The notes below the pieces were generated by a model. That model did not search any database. It was not told the origin of the DNA and saw only the letters and a program-made list of their open reading frames with translations. From sequence record KY555145.1: a stretch of 64,000 nucleotides of DNA. The stretch is one strand, 5' to 3'. This document shows positions 34,443 through 43,705 of the stretch, one piece after another (positions within the stretch are counted from its first letter, which is position 1; each line of letters opens with the position of its first letter). The position numbers and the translations under genes are program-made.

Positions 34443-35579
34443 CTACTCCTCGTCCGCCTTCTGAGCACCCTTTTCAGAGATGTTCAGGCGACCGTGGCCT
34501 TCGCCTTCCCTCATGTAGTCTTCGATGTTGAGACCATTTTCCGCCAGCGCTTCGCGAACGGCGCTGGTGTCGAGGGTCTTGCGACCCTTGATCCACGAGA
34601 TGGAGGCCTTGATCTTTCCGTCTGCCGACTTCGCGACCCGGACTCCGGTATTGTGGAACCACTGCTTCAGAGCCTCCGAAGCAGCCTTGTGTCCCACTTC
34701 GGCCGCCTTTTTCGCAGCCGAGGCGCACCGCTCCTCGGCCACAAGGCGTTCGAACTCTTCCAGGATCGGCGCGGGCGTCGTCTTCGAGTTGGCCTCGCCG
34801 CTCGTGGGGGTGGACTTCTTGGTCGTCTGGGCGCAGGCGACCTTGAACGGGCAGTAGGTGCAGGAGCTATCGATCTTGCCCTCGGCCATGACCTCCGACG
34901 GGTCCTTGATGGCGAAGACGTCGTGCGCGCGCTGCATGGCGACGTCGAACACCTTCTGGTCGAAGGGGACGACGAACACCTCGATGTCGTCGAAGAACGA
35001 AGCGTCGATGTAGATGATGACCGCGTAGTTGGGCCGCCAGGACGAAAGCTGGCGCGTCAATCCCATCTGGACGATCGTCTGGCCCCTATGGATGCTCTTC
35101 TCCTCCTTCAGGTTCACCCGAGGATCGATCGACTTGATCTCCAGGTTGAAGCAGTTGGAGGGGTGCTCGACGTCCTTGCGCGAGCCGCCCAGGGAGGCGA
35201 TGCCGTACTCGGCCAGGGCGTCGTCGTCGGCGTAGATCACCAGACCGTCGGGCGTGGCCGACAGGGGCGCTTCGGGCGAGATGAGGGTCCGCTGGTTCGC
35301 GCCGCCCCAGATCAACTGGGCGTCGCGGGTCAGGTTCTCGGTGATCCACTTCACGCCGGGCTCGACGAAGTAGTTCTCGATCAGGTCGCCGCGTTGCAGC
35401 GCGCCCCAGGACTGCTCGTAGTCCGGGTCCTTCGGGGCGCCGTGCTTGGCGAACCACACCTTGCGCAGGCACCCGAACGCCTCCGAGGCGCCGACCGACT
35501 TGCTGCGGTCATGCTTCCACACCTTCTGGTGGGCCTCGACGTATTCGTTAAACCCGGATTTGAAGTTGATCGCAGCCAT
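34443..35579 (-). CDS. Cas4-like PD-(D/E)XK exonuclease
   Basis: GASE...CLRKVW, SATPDGL, EIKS, C-terminal CTYCPFKVAC, giving the four-Cys Fe-S pattern. Confidence 0.85.
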   Translation of the reverse strand: MAAINFKSGFNEYVEAHQKVWKHDRSKSVGASEAFGCLRKVWFAKHGAPKDPDYEQSWGALQRGDLIENYFVEPGVKWITENLTRDAQLIWGGANQRTLISPEAPLSATPDGLVIYADDDALAEYGIASLGGSRKDVEHPSNCFNLEIKSIDPRVNLKEEKSIHRGQTIVQMGLTRQLSSWRPNYAVIIYIDASFFDDIEVFVVPFDQKVFDVAMQRAHDVFAIKDPSEVMAEGKIDSSCTYCPFKVACAQTTKKSTPTSGEANSKTTPAPILEEFERLVAEERCASAAKKAAEVGHKAASEALKQWFHNTGVRVAKSADGKIKASISWIKGRKTLDTSAVREALAENGLNIEDYMREGEGHGRLNISEKGAQKADEE

Positions 35580-35650
35580 CGCGCACCGTCACATTTCTCT
35601 GGTATCGTGACTTGGGTTCATCCAGGGTCACGGGCCTGGGGCGCGGCGCG

Positions 35651-35734
35651 CTAGGGGCGATCGAGCTTGCTACGCAGCCAGATCAGGAAGGCGGCCCCGA
35701 TGCAGCCAACGGCGATCCAAAAGAGGTCGGTCAC
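35651..35734 (-). CDS. 27-aa single-pass membrane peptide (not in ORF track)
   Basis: GTG start overlaps the upstream TGA (GTGA); MTDLFWIAVGCIGAAFLIWLRSKLDRP. Confidence 0.6.
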   Translation of the reverse strand: MTDLFWIAVGCIGAAFLIWLRSKLDRP

Positions 35735-36360
35735 GCGGCCTTCTCCCGCATCTTGGCCGCGACCATGTCTTCCATGGCGTAGTAGCAGCGCTGGGTGGCG
35801 AGGACGTCGGCGATAGCGGTGTGGGCGTCCTCGAACCCCTCGCCGATGAGGTGCTTGTGGAGGTCGATCAGCTTGGGCTTGCGATAGCCGCCCTGGCGGG
35901 CCGGCAGCTTCATCAGCGGCATGCCGGCCAGGATGGTGTCGAACATCGCCTTGCCGGCGAACGGATCGGCGTCCGGGCGGCCCAGGACGCGCCGCACGAC
36001 GTTGGTCATGATCTTGTTGTCGAACGAGACATGGTTGTGGCCGACGACCACGTCAGCGACCGCCACGAGGTCGCAGAAGGCCTCGATGACCAGCACCTCG
36101 GTGATCCCGATCTGCTCGGAAAGCTCGGGGCTGATCCCGTGGATGGCGGCGGCCCCGCCCTTGCCGTCCTTGCCGACGGTCCAGTCTTGCAGCACGTTCG
36201 CCGGGACATCGCCCAGGCGCAGGATCATGTCCAGGCGCTGCATCTCCTTGCGTTCCGGATTGGCCAGGATCGCACCCAGTTGGACGACGCGAGGCTGTTC
36301 GTCCAGGGAGCGTTTGCTGTCCGGAAAGCCGGTGGTTTCGGTGTCGTAGAAAAGGATCAT
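35731..36360 (-). CDS. DEDDh 3'-5' exonuclease (DNA Pol III epsilon-like)
   Basis: FYDTETTG, VGHNHVSFD, FDT, AH.AIADV motifs. Confidence 0.92.
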   Translation of the reverse strand: MILFYDTETTGFPDSKRSLDEQPRVVQLGAILANPERKEMQRLDMILRLGDVPANVLQDWTVGKDGKGGAAAIHGISPELSEQIGITEVLVIEAFCDLVAVADVVVGHNHVSFDNKIMTNVVRRVLGRPDADPFAGKAMFDTILAGMPLMKLPARQGGYRKPKLIDLHKHLIGEGFEDAHTAIADVLATQRCYYAMEDMVAAKMREKAA

Positions 36361-36408
36361 CGGGCGATCTCGTTCGGGAGTGTCTTGTTAACCAAGTTCC
36401 GGATGGGT

Positions 36409-36423
36409 GTCAAGATTCACGAC
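36409..36423 (-). promoter_or_regulatory. Phage promoter motif copy
   Basis: Exact reverse complement; TTGACA-N15-GTTAACAA on - strand. Confidence 0.7.
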
Positions 36424-36431
36424 ATAGAAAG

Positions 36432-37106
36432 TCACGAAGCACGACTCACGCCCTGGGCTTTGATGATCTCGTAGATACGCTGGGCCGACAGGCTGTAGGC
36501 CTCGGCCAGTTGCGCCACCGGCTCGCCCTTGGCGTAGCAGTCGGCGATCTCGGCGTAGAACCGCTTCTTGGCCTCCTCCCGGCGCAGCTTGGCGTCGGGG
36601 GCGTGGCGGTCGATGAAGCGGTAGATCGCGATCCGGCTGACCCCGTAGTCCTTGGCGATCAAGGGCACGGGCGCGAAGGCGGCGTAGCTTTCGATGATAT
36701 CGGCGGCGTGGTCGGCGAGGGCCATGGTGTTCTCCAGGAGGGCGAGAGCGCGGTCGATCACCACCGCCGCGCGCTTCGAGGGCTGTTTGGTCAGGAAGCC
36801 GCAGCGGCGGCCGACGGCGTAGGGCGGCTCCAGCCCTTCGCAGAGGTACTGGTCGGCGGTCGGGTCCGCGCGGTAGCCGCCGGCGGCCTCAAGCCACCAG
36901 TGGGTCCCGCCGTCGGGGTCGCGCCCGACCATCGGCCGCCAGCCGCCGTCCCAACCGTCCAGCAGATGCCAGAGCGCCTCGGAGGCGACATAGCAGTGCC
37001 CGGCGGTCGGGTTCGAAGCCGTGTACGCGGAACGATAGGGCTCGTGCAGAAGCTCGGGTGTGAGGCTCTTCTGGACCGCGATAAGGGTTTCGAGCGGCGC
37101 CTGCAT
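36432..37106 (-). CDS. Hypothetical protein with C-terminal HTH-like segments
   Basis: ATG at 37106 overlaps the polymerase stop; GHCYVASEAL..HWWL N-terminal block, IAKDYGVSRIAIYR and LAEAYSLSAQRIYEI HTH-like motifs. Confidence 0.7.
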   Translation of the reverse strand: MQAPLETLIAVQKSLTPELLHEPYRSAYTASNPTAGHCYVASEALWHLLDGWDGGWRPMVGRDPDGGTHWWLEAAGGYRADPTADQYLCEGLEPPYAVGRRCGFLTKQPSKRAAVVIDRALALLENTMALADHAADIIESYAAFAPVPLIAKDYGVSRIAIYRFIDRHAPDAKLRREEAKKRFYAEIADCYAKGEPVAQLAEAYSLSAQRIYEIIKAQGVSRAS

Positions 37107-39352
37107 CAGTGCGTCTCCGCCCAGGTGCGGCCCCACTTGACGTCGACATCGACCGGCAGGCGGAAATCGAACCGCTCACCGGCTTCCTTCGCCGCGTCGA
37201 CGATGTTGCGACGGCAGATTTCCTTGATCGCCGGATCATCGCGCACCGCCACCTGCATTTCGTCGTGGACCCAGGCCAGGACGGCGTAGTCGCCGTGCCA
37301 GCCATGGACGAGCCCGTCGTCTTCGTTGAAGGTCTCGAAGTTGACGCACCAGCCCTTGGCGATCGTGGCGCCGGCGCCCTGGAGCTTGGTGTTGAGGGCC
37401 GAGTGCTTGGCCCGGACGAAGAGATGGCGACCGTCGAGGGCGTCGACATAGCCGCGCTTGGCTTCGCGCTGGACGGACTTGACTACCTGTTGCAGCGCCG
37501 GGATGCGCGTCATGATCCGCCGCCGCATTTCCGAGCCCAGGGCCTTGGCCTTGGCGACGTTCATGGTCAGGGACGGGTCGACGGTGCAGCCCAGCTTGTA
37601 GTCCTGGGCGCCGTAGATCATGGCGTAGATGAAGGTCTTGGCGGTGTCGCGCGACTCCATCTCCATGGCCGCTTGGTGGACGCCGTGGACGTCGCCATCG
37701 AGCACGATCTTGCCGTACTGCCCGTTGTCGAACTCCGCCATGAAGTGGGCCAGACAGCGCAGTTCGATACCGGCTTGGTCGGCGCCCATCAGGGTCCAGC
37801 CCTCGGGGACGTAGAAGAGGTCGCGGCAGTCCCAGCCGTGATCGCCCTCGCGGCCCTTCATCAGGACCTTCTTGGTGACCACCTCGCCCTTTTCGTTCAG
37901 GGTGAACTCGCCCTCGGGCGTCAGCACCGGGCGACCCCGGATTTGCTTGCCGTCCGGGCCGAGCAGCGGGATCGTCTTGGCCTCGTCCTTCCACTGCGGC
38001 GGCGACTTGAAGACGACGCGAGGGACCTGGGCGATGTTGGGGTTGGAGTGCGAGGCCCGGTTGGTCACCGTGCCTCCGACATTGACGCGGCCGTGAATCT
38101 TGCCGTCGCCGTTCCACTCCTCGCACTTGACCAGCCAGCCGTTCTTGCCGTCGACCAACTGACCCAGGCGCTTCTTGTAGTAGAAGATTTCCGCCAGGGT
38201 CTCGCAGATCGGGATCACCAGCTTCTTGGTGTTCTCGTCCTCGGCCTTGGCCAGATCGCGCAGCACTTCGTCGTCCACCACTGGCGAGCCGGTTTCGGTG
38301 AACTCCTGGGGTTGCCAGCCATAGACCTTGGTCAGGCGGTCGATGATCTGCGGACGCGAGTTGGGGTTGAACTCGGTGATCTTGACCGGGCAGAAGGCCG
38401 CGCCGGCGGTGCGGTCGCCCTTCATCGGGTCCTTGTACTTGACATCGCGCGTCGGGACCGTCACCTCGGCCCAGTGCTCGCGGCTGTCGTCCTCGCCGAA
38501 TTCGGGGCGCGGCTTGTAGGCGACCTGATCCTTCTCGGGCTTGCCGGTCTCGGGCGAGGTGTAGGTGGTCGACTTGTGGCGCTTGAGCCACTTGCCCGGC
38601 ACCCACCAGGAGCCGAAATGGGCGATCGCCTCGTCCGACATCTTGGTGTGCGCCGTGCGCAGTTCTTCTTCCAGGCGACGCGCGCGCTCGCGGTGGAACG
38701 GGAAGCCGTTGCGCTGCACCCGCTCCATCATGTCGTGGATCATGTGTTCGAGCGTGATCGCGGTCTTGGACCACGGCCGGCTCTCGATCTTGCGCCACAG
38801 GGCCTCGGTGACCTCGACGTCCTGGATCGCGTAGTCTTCCATGTCCTGGTTCCAGGACCCCCAGACGTACTTGCTGATCTCGGCCTTGTCGGTGATGCCC
38901 TTGGCCTTGGCCTCTTCCTCGGCCACGTCGGCGTAGTCGCCCTTGGGGAAGCCCAGGCGCTGGCCCCAGGCGCCCAGTTCGTGCGAGCCGATGTAGCCGC
39001 CCCACAGGTCGCCGCGCTTCCACATCCGGAAGTCGTCGTCCTTGAGGTCGGCGAACAGCATGCGCGTCATCACCAGGGTGTCGCGGATGATCCCCTGGGG
39101 ATTGAACTTGTTGCCATAGACCTTCCACAGGGCCTCGCAGTCGAAGCCGATGATGTTGTGGCCGATCAGCATGTCGGCGTCGTTCAGCATCGCGACGCCT
39201 TCGAGGATGTTGTCCTCGCGCTTGTTGCGGTGGAAGACCCAACGCTGACGGGTGTCGGCGTCCTTGATCACCAGGATGTGGATGCGCGTCAGTTGCAGCA
39301 GCAGCCCGTCGGTTTCAAGGTCGAACAGGAGCCGGCGCTTACGGAGCTTCAT
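37106..39352 (-). CDS. T7-like family A DNA polymerase
   Basis: FDLETDGL exonuclease, GHNIIGFD, DGKIHG, SHSNPNIAQVP, GADQAGIELRCLAH, AKTFIYA..YGA, VHDEMQ. Confidence 0.96.
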   Translation of the reverse strand: MKLRKRRLLFDLETDGLLLQLTRIHILVIKDADTRQRWVFHRNKREDNILEGVAMLNDADMLIGHNIIGFDCEALWKVYGNKFNPQGIIRDTLVMTRMLFADLKDDDFRMWKRGDLWGGYIGSHELGAWGQRLGFPKGDYADVAEEEAKAKGITDKAEISKYVWGSWNQDMEDYAIQDVEVTEALWRKIESRPWSKTAITLEHMIHDMMERVQRNGFPFHRERARRLEEELRTAHTKMSDEAIAHFGSWWVPGKWLKRHKSTTYTSPETGKPEKDQVAYKPRPEFGEDDSREHWAEVTVPTRDVKYKDPMKGDRTAGAAFCPVKITEFNPNSRPQIIDRLTKVYGWQPQEFTETGSPVVDDEVLRDLAKAEDENTKKLVIPICETLAEIFYYKKRLGQLVDGKNGWLVKCEEWNGDGKIHGRVNVGGTVTNRASHSNPNIAQVPRVVFKSPPQWKDEAKTIPLLGPDGKQIRGRPVLTPEGEFTLNEKGEVVTKKVLMKGREGDHGWDCRDLFYVPEGWTLMGADQAGIELRCLAHFMAEFDNGQYGKIVLDGDVHGVHQAAMEMESRDTAKTFIYAMIYGAQDYKLGCTVDPSLTMNVAKAKALGSEMRRRIMTRIPALQQVVKSVQREAKRGYVDALDGRHLFVRAKHSALNTKLQGAGATIAKGWCVNFETFNEDDGLVHGWHGDYAVLAWVHDEMQVAVRDDPAIKEICRRNIVDAAKEAGERFDFRLPVDVDVKWGRTWAETH

Positions 39353-40397
39353 GGAGCACCTTGAGGATTTGATCGCCGATCCAGTCCACCATCGGGACGA
39401 TCAGGCTGTTGCCGACGATGGTCCGGCGCTCGGTGTCCGAGAGCCCTTCGATCGCGGTGTGGCCGACGGGCATGCCCATCAGGCGCTCGTACTCGGACAC
39501 GGTGTGATTGCGGATGCGCCAGTCCTCGCCTTCCTTGACGAGCAGCATGGCGACGCTGGAGCCGCCGCCGGCCGTGCGCAGGCAGTTGGCGATTACGCCG
39601 CGCTCTTCGATTTGCTGGTCGGGGCGACCGCGAACAGCGAGGGATCGAGCCCGTGGGACAGGGCGGCCGTCAATTCCGGCGACAAGGTCCGACCGGCCCG
39701 GATCGCGTTGTTCAGGAGGGTCAAACGCCGGGACGGGCTCATGTACAATCCGGCGGGGATCGATTCCGGAGCGTCGAGTACACGCGACAAGCACAAGCCG
39801 GGGGCGGGACTGGGGGATTCCGAACTGGGGGCCGTCGAAGACCGTCCAGGCAATCGCGCGGCGCGGTCCCAGCACATAACCACAGTCCGGCCACCGATGC
39901 CCTGCCGCGTCGTCGTCACCTTCGGGCTTTCCGTAGGGATAGAGGGGTTCTCGCTCGCCGGCGAGGCGTCCGAGGAATTGTCCAAAGGCGTTGTCCTTGT
40001 TGGAGAGGAGCTTGACCACATTCTCGAAACAGAAGATCGGAGGATCGACCTCGTCGATCACCCTCAGGCCCGAGAGCGTCAGTTGTCCGCGCGGGTCGGC
40101 CAGACCCAGGCCCTTGCCGGCCTCGCTCCACGGCTGGCAGGGGAACGACGCCCACAGGACGTCGACCTTGCCCTCGTGGGGCGTGCCGTCGATCTGTTCG
40201 AGGTTCCCGAGGTTCGGGACGGTCTTCCAGTGCGTCTCCAGGAGACGGATCGGGGCCGAGGCGATCTCGCTGAAGAAGCGGGCCTTGCCGCCCTTCTTCT
40301 CCCACGCCACCGAGGGGACGTCGGCGCCGGAGCAAAGGGTCGCAAAGACCCACGGCGTGACGCCGGAGGCGTCCGCAGGGGAGGGGTTCGGGGACAT
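39339..40397 (-). CDS. C5 DNA cytosine methyltransferase (orphan)
   Basis: SFPCQ.WS (motif IV), FENV (VI), FG.PQ.RPR (VIII), R..VGNS (X). Confidence 0.9.
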   Translation of the reverse strand: MSPNPSPADASGVTPWVFATLCSGADVPSVAWEKKGGKARFFSEIASAPIRLLETHWKTVPNLGNLEQIDGTPHEGKVDVLWASFPCQPWSEAGKGLGLADPRGQLTLSGLRVIDEVDPPIFCFENVVKLLSNKDNAFGQFLGRLAGEREPLYPYGKPEGDDDAAGHRWPDCGYVLGPRRAIAWTVFDGPQFGIPQSRPRLVLVACTRRSGIDPRRIVHEPVPAFDPPEQRDPGRSDLVAGIDGRPVPRARSLAVRGRPDQQIEERGVIANCLRTAGGGSSVAMLLVKEGEDWRIRNHTVSEYERLMGMPVGHTAIEGLSDTERRTIVGNSLIVPMVDWIGDQILKVLHEAP

Positions 40398-40416
40398 GGC
40401 TCTATGGTTAACGGAT

Positions 40417-40434
40417 GTCGTGAATCACGTCAAG
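40417..40434 (-). promoter_or_regulatory. Promoter with phage motif variant (TTGACG-N15-GTTAACCA on - strand)
   Basis: GTCGTGAATCACGTCAAG on +. Confidence 0.6.
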
Positions 40435-40452
40435 AAATGTCGTCAGCGACGA

Positions 40453-41241
40453 CTAATTCTTGTCGGCGGCGGGCTGACGCAGGCGCGCGTGCATGGCCTC
40501 GATCTCGTCGTCCGACAGCGGCCGGCGGCCGGTGGTCTTGACTTCGCCGCGCCAGATGGTGTCGGCGAGCTTCAAGAACGCCTTGGCGAGCTTCTGCTTG
40601 TCGGTATGACCGATCGCGCGCTGGAGACCTTCGGGCCAGCGCGGCGGCAGGGCGTAGAAATACATCAGCCCCGGCCGCGTCCAGACGTCGACAGCGAAGT
40701 CGCCCGCCTGCCGGCGCCCGACCGCGAACGACTGATCGCCGAGCATGGCGATGTTGTTCTCGTCGTAGTAGCCGATCCCGAGCCTGATCTTGTCGATCTC
40801 GCTGTCATAGGCCAGCCACAGGCAGCGGCCGTCGCCCAGCGGGACGTTCTCGATCTCCCAGTCCTGGGGATGACCCCAGACCGCGTCGTGGGCCTCGCGG
40901 ATGGCGTCGGCCAGCATGCCGGTGATCGTCTTGGGCGAGACCGAATCCCCGACCACCAGGAACGAGCCGGGCTCGATCTCCAGGGTCTTGTCGACCCCGA
41001 AGTGCTCGGCCAGCCGCCCGGCCTTGAACGAGAAGCCTTCGCGCTCGATGCGGTCGGCGATCTCGTAGGCGAACCCCGGCTTGAGGTTGAGGGTCATGAC
41101 GTGCGAGACGTTCAGGCCCGAGGCGGATTCATGGCCCAGGCCGATTTGGATCGAGTGGGTCTCGGAGGTCACCAGGGCGTAGAGGAAGCCCCCGGAGGGC
41201 CGGGTCGGATAGGCGACCCGGCGGGAGAAGAGGAGGGTCAT
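40453..41241 (-). CDS. Hypothetical protein
   Basis: 262 aa, GAGG RBS, phage-like codon usage. Confidence 0.8.
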   Translation of the reverse strand: MTLLFSRRVAYPTRPSGGFLYALVTSETHSIQIGLGHESASGLNVSHVMTLNLKPGFAYEIADRIEREGFSFKAGRLAEHFGVDKTLEIEPGSFLVVGDSVSPKTITGMLADAIREAHDAVWGHPQDWEIENVPLGDGRCLWLAYDSEIDKIRLGIGYYDENNIAMLGDQSFAVGRRQAGDFAVDVWTRPGLMYFYALPPRWPEGLQRAIGHTDKQKLAKAFLKLADTIWRGEVKTTGRRPLSDDEIEAMHARLRQPAADKN

Positions 41242-41251
41242 GGGACCTCGC

Positions 41252-42955
41252 TTACAGGCGCCAGTGGCGGCCGTTGAAGGTGATCAGCGCCCGCTTGCCA
41301 TTCGGGTACTGCACGCAGTGGGTATGCGCCCAGGACGAGGGGCCGGTGTTGTAGCCCATGTCCAGCTTCGAGGTCGTGCCGGTGTTGTAGGCGCTCTCGA
41401 AAATGCCGGGCGAGTGGGTGTGACCGAACGTCACCTTCGGGCCGATCTTGGCGAACTGCTGGATGTTGCCGCGCGAGCCGTTGGCGCCGTTGTGGCCGTG
41501 GTTGGAGTGCTCGACCCCGCCAACGACGCAGGTCTCGTCCTCGCGCAGGAACTTCACGCCGTTGCAGTTCCAGACGTCGAAGGCGTTAGTCATCACCTCC
41601 TCGAAGATCGAGAAGTTCTTCTCGCCGGTCCGGATCGAGGCGTAGACCGCCCGCTGGCAGGTCAGGAAGAACTCGGCGTTGACCGGGTCGGCGCGGTAGT
41701 CGGCCGTCTTCAGCCACTTGTTGAGCGCCAGATCGTGGTTGCTCTCGACCACCGTGACCTTCGAGTCCGGTGCCTGCCGGCCCAGAATGGTCAGGAACAT
41801 CGCCACCTCGCGCAGTTCCTGTTCGACGCTTTCAGAGCCCTTGACATAGAGCCGGAAGCGGTCGTGCGGATCGGCGATGTTGTGGTGGTTGCGTGCCCGG
41901 AAGTCGGACACGTCATGGACGAAGATGTGCTCGGGGCGCAGGACGTCGACCATCGACGGCGTCGCCACGCTGCCCCACACCCGGCTCCCGTCGGCCGAGC
42001 GTTGCTCGGTCGGGAAGAAACCGAAGGTGGCGGCCGAGACCTCCGGGTCGATCTGGGCGACGTGGATGTCCCCCGGCGTCAGGCAGGACACGCGATGGCC
42101 CTCGGTCACCACGCCGTCCTTGACGAACACGTCCAGATCGTAGAACGACCCGTCGGTGTCGCCCAGCAGGTGGCGGCAGAAGAACTTGCCGTCCTCGTCG
42201 ACCTCGACCAGCACCGCGCCCAGTTGGTGGTGGAAGCTGGCCTTGATCCCGGCCTTCTTCGGCACGTAGTTGGGCTTGGTGACCGCGCCCGTCGTCATGA
42301 TCTGCTTGGACGGGGTGTGCTTCATCGTCGGGACGCTGACGAGTTGCACCTTGGCGTGCGGGAAGATGCCCCAGCGCTCACGGGTGTAGGAGTGGAAGCC
42401 CGACAGCGGGTTCTCGGCCGTGGGGAGGGTGTTCATCTCGCCGCAGAAGTCGATCCGGTCGGCGATCCGCACGCGCTCGGCGACGAGGTATTCCATCACC
42501 CGCTTGTGGAAGAACGCCGCGTGCTTGGCGTGGTCCTCGAACAGGCGCTTGGAGTAGGTGAAGCCGGCGATCATGATCTCGCACGGCGCGTCCCGGCGCA
42601 GGTGCTCGGCATAGGCTTCCAGGTTGTCGACGAACCCCTCGTGGATGTGCGTCGAGTCCTGGGCCGAGGACAGGATGAACCGCCGGCGCCCGGTGGTCTC
42701 GTCCACCGTCACAGTCCGCGCGGCCGGGGCCGGGCGGTGCGACAGCGGGTCTTTGCGCATCGAGTAGAGCCGGTTTTGCAGGGTCGTGCGCTTGACGCTG
42801 TACTTGCGCGAGAACGCCCGTTGACCGCCGGCCTTCTTGACCATCGCGTTCAGTTCTTCCGGGGTCACCGAGTAGATGTCGAAGGGACCCTCGGCCGGCA
42901 AGGCGTCCTTGGGCTTCTTGCCCGCCTTGGAAGCGTGTTCGAACTCAGCCGGCAT
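41252..42955 (-). CDS. T5 A1-like protein / metallophosphoesterase-fold nuclease
   Basis: Start MPAEF at 42955; RFILSSAQ, TTGAVT..NY...KAG..A.FHH.LGA, GDIH, HD, SNHD, GHTHS motifs. Family assignment is from recalled similarity. Confidence 0.7.
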   Translation of the reverse strand: MPAEFEHASKAGKKPKDALPAEGPFDIYSVTPEELNAMVKKAGGQRAFSRKYSVKRTTLQNRLYSMRKDPLSHRPAPAARTVTVDETTGRRRFILSSAQDSTHIHEGFVDNLEAYAEHLRRDAPCEIMIAGFTYSKRLFEDHAKHAAFFHKRVMEYLVAERVRIADRIDFCGEMNTLPTAENPLSGFHSYTRERWGIFPHAKVQLVSVPTMKHTPSKQIMTTGAVTKPNYVPKKAGIKASFHHQLGAVLVEVDEDGKFFCRHLLGDTDGSFYDLDVFVKDGVVTEGHRVSCLTPGDIHVAQIDPEVSAATFGFFPTEQRSADGSRVWGSVATPSMVDVLRPEHIFVHDVSDFRARNHHNIADPHDRFRLYVKGSESVEQELREVAMFLTILGRQAPDSKVTVVESNHDLALNKWLKTADYRADPVNAEFFLTCQRAVYASIRTGEKNFSIFEEVMTNAFDVWNCNGVKFLREDETCVVGGVEHSNHGHNGANGSRGNIQQFAKIGPKVTFGHTHSPGIFESAYNTGTTSKLDMGYNTGPSSWAHTHCVQYPNGKRALITFNGRHWRL

Positions 42956-43646
42956 AGAGCAACTCCGGTTTGGCGCTGACCGGCTTGGACCAATCCCAGA
43001 CGTACCAAGCATAGGCGAAGCGCGGGGCGCCCTTGGTGCCGGCGATCCAGCGAGGGCGGTGGCGAAGGGTGACCTTCGCGGTGAAGGCGGGGTGATCGAA
43101 CAGGTCCTTGCGCGAGCGCGCGGCGTCCCATTCGTGGCGGCAGAGGAAGGCGACGAGGCCCTGATCGGCCTCCATCAGCGACAGCGCGTGGCGCGCGGCG
43201 CGCTCGGCGTCCTTGCCGTAGGGCGGGTTGGTGATGATGGCGTCGGGACGCGGCGGCAGCGGCGTGGGCTTGCGCTCCTCGCCCTTCTCATCGACGATGG
43301 TTTCGGGCCGGGCCTTCAGCGCGCCCAGGCGGTCGAGGTCCGCCGGCGTCAGCTTGAAGAAGTCCTCCACCGCGTCCACCTCGAAACCCTCGTAGCGGTG
43401 GATGTCCGTGGAGAGGACCTCCTGCACGAAGGGCTTGAGCGGCGTGGCGATCGCGCCGTTGCCCGCGAAGGGCTCCCAGGCGAAGAACGGGGCGAAGTCG
43501 TCGCCCAGGGCCTCGATCAGGGCGTCGAAGGCCGGCCGAGGAGTCGGGTAAAAGTCCAGCGGGGTCCTGGCATATCCGGAGGCGCCCAGCATGGAGGGGT
43601 CTTTGCGACCAGCATCGGAGAGAGACATGGTCGTGAGGGATGTCAT
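42945..43646 (-). CDS. Small amino-methyltransferase (m6A/m4C type)
   Basis: DFYPTP, WEPFAGNGAI (motif I), IITNPPY (motif IV). Confidence 0.85.
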   Translation of the reverse strand: MTSLTTMSLSDAGRKDPSMLGASGYARTPLDFYPTPRPAFDALIEALGDDFAPFFAWEPFAGNGAIATPLKPFVQEVLSTDIHRYEGFEVDAVEDFFKLTPADLDRLGALKARPETIVDEKGEERKPTPLPPRPDAIITNPPYGKDAERAARHALSLMEADQGLVAFLCRHEWDAARSRKDLFDHPAFTAKVTLRHRPRWIAGTKGAPRFAYAWYVWDWSKPVSAKPELLYAG

Positions 43647-43660
43647 GGTTAACGAAGGGT

Positions 43661-43675
43661 GTCAAGATTCACGAC
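43661..43675 (-). promoter_or_regulatory. Phage promoter motif copy
   Basis: Exact GTCAAGATTCACGAC, back-to-back with the promoter of the large ncRNA. Confidence 0.65.
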
Positions 43676-43676
43676 A

Positions 43677-43705
43677 TTGACTGTCGTGAGCCACCACGCT
43701 AGACA
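43677..43705 (+). promoter_or_regulatory. Caulobacter sigma73-type promoter TTGACT-N15-GCTAGACA
   Basis: Matches TTGAC...GCTANAWC housekeeping consensus. Confidence 0.75.
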
